Origin: Anaeramoeba ignava BMAN
Taxonomy: Eukaryota; Protista; Anaeramoebae
DNA: 64,000 nt
NCBI GenBank assembly: GCA_028826165.1
Contig: JAPDFW010000114.1
Coordinates: 310,001-374,000, forward strand
Reading direction: 5' to 3'
Part shown: piece by piece, positions 10,061-21,245 of the stretch
How the letters are laid out: every line of letters begins with the position of its first letter
How positions within the stretch are numbered: the first letter of the stretch is position 1
The notes under the pieces: generated by a model
What the model was told of the DNA's origin: nothing
Seen by the model: only the letters and a program-made list of their open reading frames with translations
Database searches by the model: none
Translations under genes and position numbers: made by a program

Positions 10061-13000
10061 TTAATTGTTCTTCTTTGATTTTAACTTATTTCCTCCATAT
10101 TTCCTAACAAGAGTTGCTTTTGATATTCCTTTCTTTTTCTTTTGATGATGTAATTTTTTTCCAGTTAATTTTTCAGCAAATTTAGTTAAATCAAAACCAG
10201 ATTCTGAATTTTCTTTTTCCTTTTCTTTTTGTTTTTCTTTTTCCAAACGAATTCTCTTTTTTTCTTCTTCAAAATTTTGATGAACAATTTCAAGCCTTTT
10301 TTGAGATAAATGAGGTCTAAATTTGAAAATATAATAAAATAAACGGTCGAAAGCAAAAGAAAGAAGAAGATCGAAAAAAATCAAAACAAGAATAAATAAC
10401 TTAAGCTTCCAAGAGCGGAACGGAGCGAGCTGAAAGAGGGAGTTCAATGGCGGGAGAATTTCCAAAGAAAGCATAACCATTAAACCAAGAATGAAAAACA
10501 ACAAGTATGAAAGAAACTTGTTTTCGAGAAGTCCTTGCATAAAAGGATATCCCATATAGTTAACCAGAAATGTTGTTGCCTGAAAAGAAACGGAAAGAAT
10601 ATACATCGAGCTGTTGAAAATGGAGGGCTCGAACTCCTTTGCGAGGTCGATATCAGTCTCGAATCTGTAGGGACTCAAAATCGGAATTAATTTTGACAGC
10701 AAAATTATTGAAAGTAAATGAAGAGCGAATTGAACAAAAATAGTAATGAGAATATAGGGACTAAAAACGCGCGAGAAGGGGCGCTCTGGAGATAACAAAC
10801 GCAATGGTTTTGCGCGCGTAAGAAAGAAAAAGCATATGGAAATAACTATTCCTGTAAGGGTCATCTGGCGATCTCCAAATTTTAAACCTTGAAGATATAA
10901 AACGCTGAGCGAATAAGCGGCAACAAGACAATTTAGGGCGAGGATTTTATACATTTGCAATGTGGTGACGAGGGTGCATCGACCCTGTTTGATAACATCG
11001 ACAACGCCATCGATAATATTTAGTTTACTAGTGAATGGAGAAGCCATGGATGCGTCGCCGAGTTGGATTGTTGCAGTGTCTTCTGCATCAAGGAAGTCTG
11101 ACAAAGACTGCGGCGCGCGCTTGGGTTGTGCGGTCTTTTTTATCTCTCCCGAATTCAGAAGGGCAATCCCGACATCAGACTCCTTCAGCGCGCGAACGTC
11201 GTTTGTTCCGTCCCCACACATCAGTGTTGATTTCCCTTTTTTCTTCATTTCTAGAATAACTGATTCCTTCTGGTCCGGCAATACTCGCGCATACACGTTG
11301 ATATGCTCCAAATATCTGCTCAATTCCCCGCTTTCGAGAATGTATTGATACACTTCTCCTGTCACGCAAAGTTCGTATTTTTTCAGTTCGTTTTCTTTTA
11401 TTTTGCTCAAGTCAACCACAATTCGGTCATCAATAGATCTCCCTTCAAGTCCAAACTGCGCGTTCTGCTCCCCGTGCTTTTTGTAGACGATGAGTTCTTG
11501 TTTTTCCAAAATGTTGATTTTTCTCGCTACGTGAACTGCTGTCAAAATATTGTCACCAGTTATCATAACAACTGAATGTGACGAATTCAAAAGATGATCA
11601 ATAGTTTCTTGAGTTCCTGGTTTGATTGTCATTGCGAACACCAAGAATCCTGAGAAAATCAGCCCTGATTCGAGCTGTTCTCTTGGGATTTCCTTTATCA
11701 CTTCATCACTATTTTCTTCAATTTCTTTATATGCTATTGCAAGTACTCTTGATCCATTTAAAGTTGATTCTCGATAAATTTCATCGTAATTTTCAGGTGC
11801 GTTTACAAGGAAGTTCTTGATCATCTCAGGTGCGCCTTTTGTGATTATCAGGGTTCGTTTCTTTGTTTCAGATGTCACTTTGACTACTGTTGTCATTCTT
11901 TTTAGTTTGGATAAAAATGGAAATCTTTGAATGATTGATATTCTCTTTCTTTTTCCACTTCTTGGTTGTGGTGATATTGTTGTGTTTTCGTCTTGCAATA
12001 TCCATTTGATTCCTTTTATTGTAACTACTTCTGTTGGATCTCCAACAAGTGATCTATCTATTGTCATTAATGAATGGCATCCTGCTAATATTGTTGAAAT
12101 TTTAAGTGGGATATCATGTGGAGGAATCAAATCTAAGTGAGAATTAAGATGAAAAATATATTTAAATCAAATTAATAAATATATAAATTAATAAATATTT
12201 AAATCAATATTTAAATCAATATTTAAATTAATTCAATAAATATTTAAATCAATATTTAAATAAATTAATAAATATATAAATTAATAAATATTTAAATCAA
12301 TATTTAAATCAATATTTAAATTAATTCAATAAATATTTAAATCAATATTTAAATAAATTAATAAATATATAAATTAATAAATATTTAAATCAATATTTAA
12401 ATCAATATTTAAATTAATTCAATAAATATTTAAATCAATATATAAATTAATAAATATTTAAATCAAATTAATAAATATATAAATTAATAAATATTTAAAT
12501 CAATAAATATTTAAATCAAATTAATAAATATATAAATTAATAAATATTTAAATCAAATTAATAAATATATAAATTAATAAATATTTAAATTAATAAATAT
12601 TTAAATCAAATTAATAAATATTTAAATAAATAAATTAATAAATATTTAAATCAATATTTAAATAAATATTTAAATCAAATTAATAAATCAAATTAATAAA
12701 TATTTAAATCAAATTAATAAATATATAAATTAATAAATATTTAAATCAAATTAATAAATATATAAATTAATAAATATATAAATTAATAAATATTTAAATC
12801 AAATTAATAAATATTTAAATTAATAAATATTTAAATCAATATATAAATAAATATTTAAATTAAATTAAATTAATAAATATTTAAATTAAATTAATAAATA
12901 TTTAAATTAATATTTAATTTAAATCATCTTCTACCTCTTGATGTCTTGTTATTAATTTCTAAACCTTTAATTCCTTCAAACTTAATCTTATCACTTGTTA

Positions 13001-14989
13001 AAGTTCCAGTTTTATCAAAACAACAAACATCAACTTTTCCAGCAAAAGGAATACGAAAAGGTTCAGTACAAAAAATATTCAATTTTGATAACTCTTGCAA
13101 ACTAGTATTAACAGCAAGAGACAATTCCATTGGAAGTTCAGGAGGAACAACTGATGTAACAATCAAAGTAGCTTCAAGAACAAGTTTATAAATATTTCTA
13201 TCAGGTTTCTTTAAACCTTCATAAAGAAGATACGCTGCAGCAAACAAAGCAAAAACAAGCAAAAGAAGGATAAAAAGAAGACTTTCCTTATTATTTGCCG
13301 TTACTCTTGACGATCCAAAAAATATTTTCTTCAGTAATTTTCCTTGATCAGTTGCAAAACCTGTTTTCAATACAAAAGCTGGACATCCTTTTTCAGGTGC
13401 GCGATATTTTGCGCTCTGGATCATGTTCTGATTGTCTTTTTCTTGTGCTTGTTCGTTAATTGATTGAACAACTGTTGTTCCTGCAAAAATGACGTGAATT
13501 TTATAATCTTTTGTGTTGAATTTTGTCTCTTTATCTTCGCTCATTATTGATTCTTTAAGAAGTGGTACTGATTCTCCTGTTAGCATAGATTCGTTCACAA
13601 CACATTTCCCTGATAGTAATAATAAATCACATGTTGGTGTTGTGTTTTTTACTACTGATATTATATCTCCTGGTATTAGTTCAGTTGTTAATATTTTTTT
13701 CCATTTTCCTTCTCTAAATACATTGCAATTTGTTGGTTTTGTTTGCATTTTTCGAATGTGATCAAAATTACGAAGTCGCTTTTAATATTAAATTAAAATT
13801 AAAATTAAAATTAAAATTAAAATTAAAATTAAAATTCATATTAAAATTCGATATTAAAATTAAAATTAAAATTAAAATTAATATTAATATTAAAATTAAA
13901 ATTAAAATTAAAATTAATATTAAAATTAAAATTAAAATTAAAATTAAAATTAAAATTAAAATTAAAATTAAAATTAAAATTAAAATTAATATTAAAATTA
14001 AAATTCATTTATAAAATTAATATTAAAATTAATATTAAAATTAAAATTAATATTAAAATTATAATTAATATTAAAATTCAATATTAAATTAAAATTAAAA
14101 TTAAAATTAAAATTAAAATTAATATTAAAATTATAGATACCTGACGAACAACATTAGACTCAAAAACTATCAACATCAACAAAGTAAAAAGAGAAAAATA
14201 CCAATACTCATCAAAGGTCCAAAGCAAAATACAAAAAACTTGAAAAACAAAAAAAGGAGCCAAAGCATGTTCAATAAAAAGTTCTTTAAAAGTTTGATTT
14301 GGAAAATCAATTTGATTATTGCCATATTTTGATTGCAAAGAAGAAATTGATTTAATATCTCGATGAAAATATTCTAAATAATCACCAATATTCCATTTTG
14401 TTGGGAAATCAATCTTCTTAAAATAACCTTTTTGTTGATAAACATATTTTGTTTTTTGAAACAAAAATGAGATGTTATAAAAAATTTCTTGATTTTCTTT
14501 CTCATTTTCATTCTTATTTTGTTCAGTTCTAAAATTCCAAACAAAATTTTCTTGTTTTTTTGGATCTTTTTGAATTTTCACAATTTCAGGTGATCCAAAG
14601 TTTTTTTGAGGGAAAATTGCAATATAATCAGATGTTTCAATTGATTTTTGGATTGAATATTTAATTCTGGAACTAATTGATAAACTCCAATGTGAAGAAA
14701 GAAGCAAAACAATTTGGAATAAAATTGTGAATGGTAAAGATAATACAGTGAATGTTTTTGTTTCCCATTCCCAGTTTCTTGCAACTTGAAAAAATTCTTT
14801 TAGTAAATAAAGATATATAAAACCAAATGGTGTTATATCAAATCGAAGATAAATTGGTCTTTTTTTTAGAAGGAATGCTTTCTCAATACTTTTTGAATCA
14901 ATAATTTTACTCCTAATATTTATTTTTATTTAAATTTTATTTTTAATTTTAATTTTATTTTTATTTTATTTTATAAATTTTTGTTACAT
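10061..14989 (-). CDS. ATP13A1: P5A-type ATPase (Spf1/ATP13A1, ER transmembrane-helix dislocase), 1229 aa
   Basis: Exons 14989-14988, 14912-14141, 13778-12935, 12132-10061. Motifs APFFVFQVF, LTGESVP, P5A signature PPELPMEL, DKTGTLT phosphorylation site, KGAPE, MITGDN, MCGDGTND, QGRCTLVTTLQMYKILALNCL. Confidence 0.96.
12160..12923. repeat. AT-rich intronic minisatellite (AAATATTTAAATC / AAATTAATAAAT) with ~93-nt higher-order unit x3
   Basis: Inside P5A intron 12934-12133. ATTAATAAATATATAAATT recurs at 12171, 12264 and 12357. Confidence 0.85.
13780..14132. repeat. (AAAATT)n intronic microsatellite
   Basis: Fills P5A intron 14140-13779. Confidence 0.9.
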
Positions 14990-15205
14990 TAATTTTAAAA
15001 GGAAAAAAAATGAAAAAATGAAAAATGAAAAATGAAAAATGAAAAAAATTTTTTTTTAAAATTTTATTCTCTTATTCAATTTGATTTGATTATTTATTCT
15101 ATTATTCAATTTATTATTCAATTTATTATTCAATTTAATTTATTTAATTTATTATTCAATTTAATTTATTATTCAATTTAATTTGGAATTTAATTAATTG
15201 ATTTA

Positions 15206-16849
15206 TTATTTTTTATGTTTTTTAATTTGATCCAAATAATCGATTATTTTTGGATTTAATTGATAATAATCAATAACATCTTGAAAATCTTCAATCATTT
15301 CTTCATCTAAATCTTCATCAATTTCATCAAAATATAAAAATTTGATAATTGATTTAACTTCTTTAATACTTCTCCCAGTATAATCTGAAACTTTGTTTGA
15401 TAAATCTTCAACAACACTTAAAAACATCCCTCGATATAAATCACTTCTAATTATCAAAATCATTTTATGAACTTTAATCTCCTCATTTTGAACTATAATT
15501 TTAAAATCTTTACTCTCTTCTTCATAATACATCCCTTGAGTAAATTCTAATATTTTTTTAATTCCTGAATTTTTTTGATAAAATGATTCAATCCCAAGCT
15601 CTTCTCCAATTTCATTAATAATCCCTGAATTGTGACACTTTCCTGTATAAACAAATGAAAGAAATTCTTCAATTTGATTTTTGTCTTTTTCATTCAAAAT
15701 TCCAATTAGTTTTTCAAATTCAATTTCATTTGGATAACAAATTCTTCCATTTAAAATGAATTTATGCGCTTTTATATTCGAACCATCATTCCCTCGAATT
15801 GAAATATCAGAGAATTCTTGAGATTTCAGAAAGTTTTCAAAATCTTCAACTATCATATTTTTTGCTGCAACTGAATAGATAATCTTTCTTGATCCACTCA
15901 TTTCATATCTGAAAGAAAATATATTTTCTGAAAGTAATTCAGTTAATTTTTTTTCAACAACAAAATCTTCATTTTTATTATAATTGTAGATTTCTGCTTG
16001 GTTTGTTAATAAAGATCCATCCCAACAATAAGAGCAAATTCCAACTACTTTTCTATTTTCAAAACCTTTGACTTTTCTAAATTTCAAATTTTGTTTATTA
16101 AATGGACCACCTGCAATGAGAACATCATGAAATCCTTGTTCATTTTCAATAACTGCTGCTGAATGTTGATATCCACATGATATTTCAATAACTTTCTTTC
16201 CTTTTAATTCTGGAATTTTTTCAAGTATAACAGTTGAGATTTTTTTACTAATTCCTAATTGACCTGTGCTATTACTACCAGAACCAAAAAAATTTCCTTC
16301 AAAATCTTCATAAAAAAAGAAAAAAGCATAATCGCCACTTAATACTCTTTTCACATTTGATGCAATTTTTGTCGGGGTTCTAATATTTCCACCATCTGGT
16401 AATCCAATCTCACCAGAAGAGTTATATCCAAAAGCATAAAGATCGTGATTTGATGAAATACAATAAGATTGATAACATCCAACTTCAATATCAATAATTT
16501 TGATATTGTTTTGAGTAAAATATTCAATCAAAACTGGTTCTTGTGAACTGGATAAATTCTCTATTCCCATATGTCCATAATTATTATAGCCATAACTGTA
16601 TACTTTCCCTTCATTTGTTAATACTAATCTGTGTTCAAATGCAACTTTTGCTTTTATTACATTTCCCACATTTAATTTTTTTGCTTTTGGATTTTCACTT
16701 GAAAATCTAGGTTCAAAACAAAGTTCATAACAATCTCCTGTTGTTGTTGTAATTAAAGTATCACAATTTCCTGCTGAAATTTCAATAATTTCCCCATTTA
16801 AATCAAGATTGAATTGATTAAGTTTTTCTAAAGTATAAATGAATTGCAT
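15206..16849 (-). CDS. RCC1-repeat beta-propeller + tandem BTB/POZ protein (intronless), 547 aa
   Basis: RCC1 motifs GKVYSYGYNNYGHMG, LYAFGYNSSGEIG, GSGSNSTGQLG, ISCGYQHS. BTB motifs FSDISI...IKAHKFIL and KDFKIIV..EEIKVHKMILIIRSDLYRGMF. First plausible ATG is 16849. Confidence 0.88.
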   Translation of the reverse strand: MQFIYTLEKLNQFNLDLNGEIIEISAGNCDTLITTTTGDCYELCFEPRFSSENPKAKKLNVGNVIKAKVAFEHRLVLTNEGKVYSYGYNNYGHMGIENLSSSQEPVLIEYFTQNNIKIIDIEVGCYQSYCISSNHDLYAFGYNSSGEIGLPDGGNIRTPTKIASNVKRVLSGDYAFFFFYEDFEGNFFGSGSNSTGQLGISKKISTVILEKIPELKGKKVIEISCGYQHSAAVIENEQGFHDVLIAGGPFNKQNLKFRKVKGFENRKVVGICSYCWDGSLLTNQAEIYNYNKNEDFVVEKKLTELLSENIFSFRYEMSGSRKIIYSVAAKNMIVEDFENFLKSQEFSDISIRGNDGSNIKAHKFILNGRICYPNEIEFEKLIGILNEKDKNQIEEFLSFVYTGKCHNSGIINEIGEELGIESFYQKNSGIKKILEFTQGMYYEEESKDFKIIVQNEEIKVHKMILIIRSDLYRGMFLSVVEDLSNKVSDYTGRSIKEVKSIIKFLYFDEIDEDLDEEMIEDFQDVIDYYQLNPKIIDYLDQIKKHKK

Positions 16850-16985
16850 AATTAATATTAAAAAAAGAAAAAAATGAAAAAAATTTTTATTTAATTTAAT
16901 TTTTCTTTTTAATTTGTTAAATTTAAATTTCCTCTCAATTCCCAATTAATCAATCCAAAAAAAAAAAAAAGAAAAAAAAATCTTT

Positions 16986-19900
16986 TTAAAGAATATGAAT
17001 AAAATCCAAATCCCAACGCAAAGTTAAATTCTTATTAATTATCAACCAAGAAAAAGTTGAGAAAATATTATTCTTTGGTTTAAATTCTTGAAATTTAAAA
17101 AGTTTGTTTTCGATGATAAAAAATCCTTTTTCTTGAAAAACAAAATTTGGAACTGAATTTTGAATATTTTGCAAAATTTCTTCATAAGGAGTATTTTTTC
17201 TTTCAAGAAAATCAATATCAAAAAACTTATCCAACTTATGAAAATTAGAGACATATTTCCAAAGAACAGGATGAGCAGAAAAAGGTGAAAAAAGTCTTCT
17301 GTGTTTTAACAGTGTATATATCAATTGAGTATTGTTATTAAATTGATTTGTAAGTGTTGTATTAATAAGTGAAAAAAGAATCAATAAATAGTCTGAATAT
17401 AAATGAAGTTCTGCTGTTTTTTCATTTTGAAATTTCACAAATGCATTTCTGTTATCTTTACGAACTAATCTATCTGGTCTTGTGAGTAAAGATGGTGATG
17501 GTTTTAGTGATTCAATATCAATGTAATCGTTTGTATAAGAAAATTCCATCCCAATTTTTTCAATCATTTCTTCAATCACTTGATTCTCAACTTCACATAT
17601 TGATTCACTTTTTCTAATCTTTGATTTCTTGTCTGTTTTTTTCTTTTTTTTATCTTTTTTATTTCGTGTTTTTTTCTTTTTCATTTCGTTTGAAATGGTT
17701 TCTTCTTTGCTTGTTGGATCATCAAAATTTGAGAAATCTTTCACTTTTTGGGAAACAAATGATACAATTTCAAGTAATTTTTTTGTTTCGTTTGCAAAAA
17801 GGTTTGTAAATAAAGATGATAAATTATTCAAAATTGATAATGAAAGTAAAAATATTTCCTTCTTAGGAAATTTCAATAAGTGATAATGAAGAGTTTCCAT
17901 AAGGATTATAACTGTAAGATGTCCAAGAGAAATATTAGAGAGTTGTTTATCTTTATACCAATTAACTGATTGAAGATTCTACAATTAAAATTCAATTTAA
18001 AATTAAAATTCAATTTAAAATTAAAATTCAATTTAAAATTCAAATTAAAATTAAAATTCAAATTCAATTTAAAATTCAAATTCAATTTAAAATTAAAATT
18101 CAATTCAATTTAAAATTCAATTTAAAATTCAAATATATTTTTTGGAATTCTTTTTACACTTGAAAATATAAATTTTCTAAATCTTCTCCTTCCAGATAAA
18201 ACAAGAAGCACAATAAGAATTAAATAAATAAAAGGAACTTTTTCTTTTTGTAATTCTTCTTCACTTAATCTATATTGATAGAGTTCTTCGAGTAGATTTG
18301 TTAAATATGAAGTCAAATTAGCATTTTTTGATACGAATGTAATAAAATCCCAATTGTTATAAATCATATAATAAAACAACACTAAATAATGTTCATTGAC
18401 TCTTTCAGAACTAAATTAATATTTTGAAATAAATTAATATTTTGAAATATTTTGAAATGAATTAATATTTTGAAATAAATTAATATTTTGAAATATATTG
18501 AAATATATTAATATTTTGAAATATTTTGAAATAAATTAATATTTTGAAATATTTTAGAATAAATTAATATTTTGAAATATTTTGAAATAAATTAATATTT
18601 TAGAATATTTTGAAATAAATTAATATTTTGAAATATTTTGAAATAAATTAATATTTTAGAATATTTTGGAAATTTACGAAGCAAGACAAAATAATAATTC
18701 AGAAAAATTTATTCCAATAGTGTTTTCATTTTCCTTTTGTTTTTCATTTTCCTTTTCGTTTTCTTTATTTTGATTTTCCTTTTCAGTACTATTTTCATTT
18801 TCCTTTTCCTTTTCATTTTCATTTTCAGATTGAAATTTTTTAGCAGTTAATTGAGTTATAGTTTTAAGATAAATATTTGAAGGAGTAAAATAATTTCTTT
18901 CCAACAATTCAGTTTCAGAATTTTGTTCCATATTATCATCTTCCTTTTCTTTTTCATTATCATATTCATCAAAACCATATTGTATTTGTATTTGATTTTG
19001 AAAAGTAATTTTTGAATTAAGTTGAATTTCTTGTTCTTTTGTTTCTTTTATCATTTGATTTCCAGAATTAAGAATTTGATCAGATTCAGTAAAATCATTA
19101 ATTTGAAATAAAGCAATTAATAATAAAATAGATTGTGTTGCTAAAGGAGAAGGATCAACAACTAATTTCTGTGCTGTTTTTTTTGAAAGAGATCTTGAAA
19201 AGAACGATCCTAAATTTCAAAATTAAATTAAAAATTAAAATTTAAAATCAAATTTAAAATCAAATTTAAAATTAAAATTCAAAATTAAATCCAAAAATCA
19301 AATTTAAAATTAAATTCAAAATCAAATTAAAAATTAAATTCAAAATTAAATTCAAAATTAAATTCAAAATTAAAATTAGAAATCAAATTAAATATTAAAA
19401 TTAAATTCAAAATTAAATTCAAAATTAAGTTCAAAATTAAATTCAAAATTAAAATTAAAAATTAAATTCAAAATCAAATTAAATATTAAAATCAAAATTA
19501 AATTCAAAAATTAAATTAAATATTAAATTCAAAATTAAATTAAATATTAAATTCAAAATTAAATTCAAAATTAAATTTAAAATTAAATTTAAAATTAAAT
19601 TAAAAATTAAATTCAAAATTAAAATTCAAAATTAAAATTCAAAATTAAATTTAAAATTAAATTTAAAATCAAATTCATTTATAAAATCAAAATTAAATTC
19701 AAAATTAAATTCAAAATTAAATTTAAAATCAAATTCAAAATTAAAATTCAAAATTAAATTCAAAATTAAATTTAAAATTAAATTAAATATTAAATTCAAA
19801 ATTAAAATTAAATCAAAATTAAATTTAAAATTAAAATTAAATCAAAATTAAATTTAAAATTAAAATTCAAAATTAAATTCAAAAATTAAATTTAATTTAA

Positions 19901-21124
19901 TCCAAAAAAATAATCTTAAATACCCTTTCTTAGTTGAGTTCCCCAAACAGGATCAACAGATTTAGGAGTTGGCATTTGCAAAATAATATGATTTAATAGA
20001 ATTTTAACTAATTTTTTCGCCTTTTCATTTGAAATGTTTAAAAAAGGATTTTGAGTGTCAAGTGAAATTGATTCAGTAAGACTATTCTTCCCAAAATCAG
20101 ACTTTGAATCTTCAACCCAATCATCAGGTAAAGTATCGCTATCAGCTAAAATATCTTTTTTCTTATTTTGATCTTTTAAGAGTAATTTTTTTGTATCAAA
20201 AAATGTGATAGAAAATAAAACAAGTAAAAATGAGATCATTTCATTAATAACAACATAAGTTGGATGATCTAAAGTTTGTGGATTCATTATTATAAAATCG
20301 AATATTGAATTGAAGAGGTTTTTAAGATCTAAAAAAAGAAGAAAAAAATTTTTTTTTAAATTTAATTTTGATTTTAATTTAAATTTTAATTTTAATTTTA
20401 ATTTTGATTTTGATTTTAAATTTAATTTTAAATTTATAAATGAATTAAATTTTATAAATGAATTAAATTTAATTTTGATTTTAATTTTAAATTTAATTTT
20501 CAAAAACTCACTTTTTTGTTCTGTTTCTATTTGTAAATGCTTCTTAATTTTATCAATAGAATTCGACAGATCATTAACATCTTGATCTTGTGTTTTAGAT
20601 TTTTCTGAAGAATCATCAGTATCGGTTAATTGTTGTTCAACTTGATCTTTCTTCTTGTTTTTTTGAACATTTTTATCTAAACTTTTTCTTTCTTTTCGAA
20701 ATAGATTTTTTTTCTTTTTATTTTTCTTTTCAAATTTTTCTTGTTTAAAACAGGAAATTTTTGCTGAAGGAAAACAATCTTGAATAATAATATGCAATAA
20801 AACACGGGCAATAAAAAGAATATTAGTAATTAATAAGGAATTTTTGCTATTAATTTTTTTATCGAATTTTTCTCCACTTGATTCTTTTAAGAAATTAATA
20901 AATTTGGAAATGATTGTCATAAAATTATTTGTTTTTAAATTGTTCGAACAAAAATCAGGAAATTGTTCATTTATTGCTATGTATGCTTCTTCAATATTTA
21001 ATCTTGTAAGTGGGGTATTAAATTCAGTTGAAAAAGTATTCCATAATTTTTGATCTGTTTTTTCAATTGGTTTTTTTCCTGTGATTGAAATTATAAAATT
21101 TGATTTAGAAAAATCTACACTCAT
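16986..21124 (-). CDS. DYM: Dymeclin (Dyggve-Melchior-Clausen protein) homolog, 931 aa
   Basis: Exons 21124-20512, 20328-19924, 19209-18678, 18410-18158, 17978-16986. Dymeclin-like blocks ITGKKPIEKTDQKLWN, SPLATQSILLLIAL, IYLILIVLLVLS, VNWYKDKQLSNISLGHL, NTQLIYTLLKHRRLF. Confidence 0.85.
19215..19900. repeat. AAAATTAAATTC-type 12-mer intronic satellite
   Basis: Fills dymeclin intron 19923-19210. Confidence 0.88.
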
Positions 21125-21245
21125 TTCTTTTTTTGTTAATATTAATTTATCAAAAAAAAAAACAACAAAAAAATGAAGAGAAAAAATGAAAAAAAAAAAA
21201 AGTGAAAAAAAAAAAATTAATTTTTCTCTTTTTTTATTTCTTCAT

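Noticed and set aside
10962-12140. Plus-strand ORFs overlapping the P5A-ATPase (similarly antisense ORFs in importin, fimbrin and the PH gene)
   Set aside because: Antisense shadows of locally GC-richer coding exons.
10061-14989. Searched P5A-ATPase, ligase, importin and other conserved genes for inteins or homing endonucleases
   Set aside because: No Hint motifs (N-terminal C/S block, terminal HN-C/S/T) or LAGLIDADG-like inserts. Protein lengths fit intein-free homologs.
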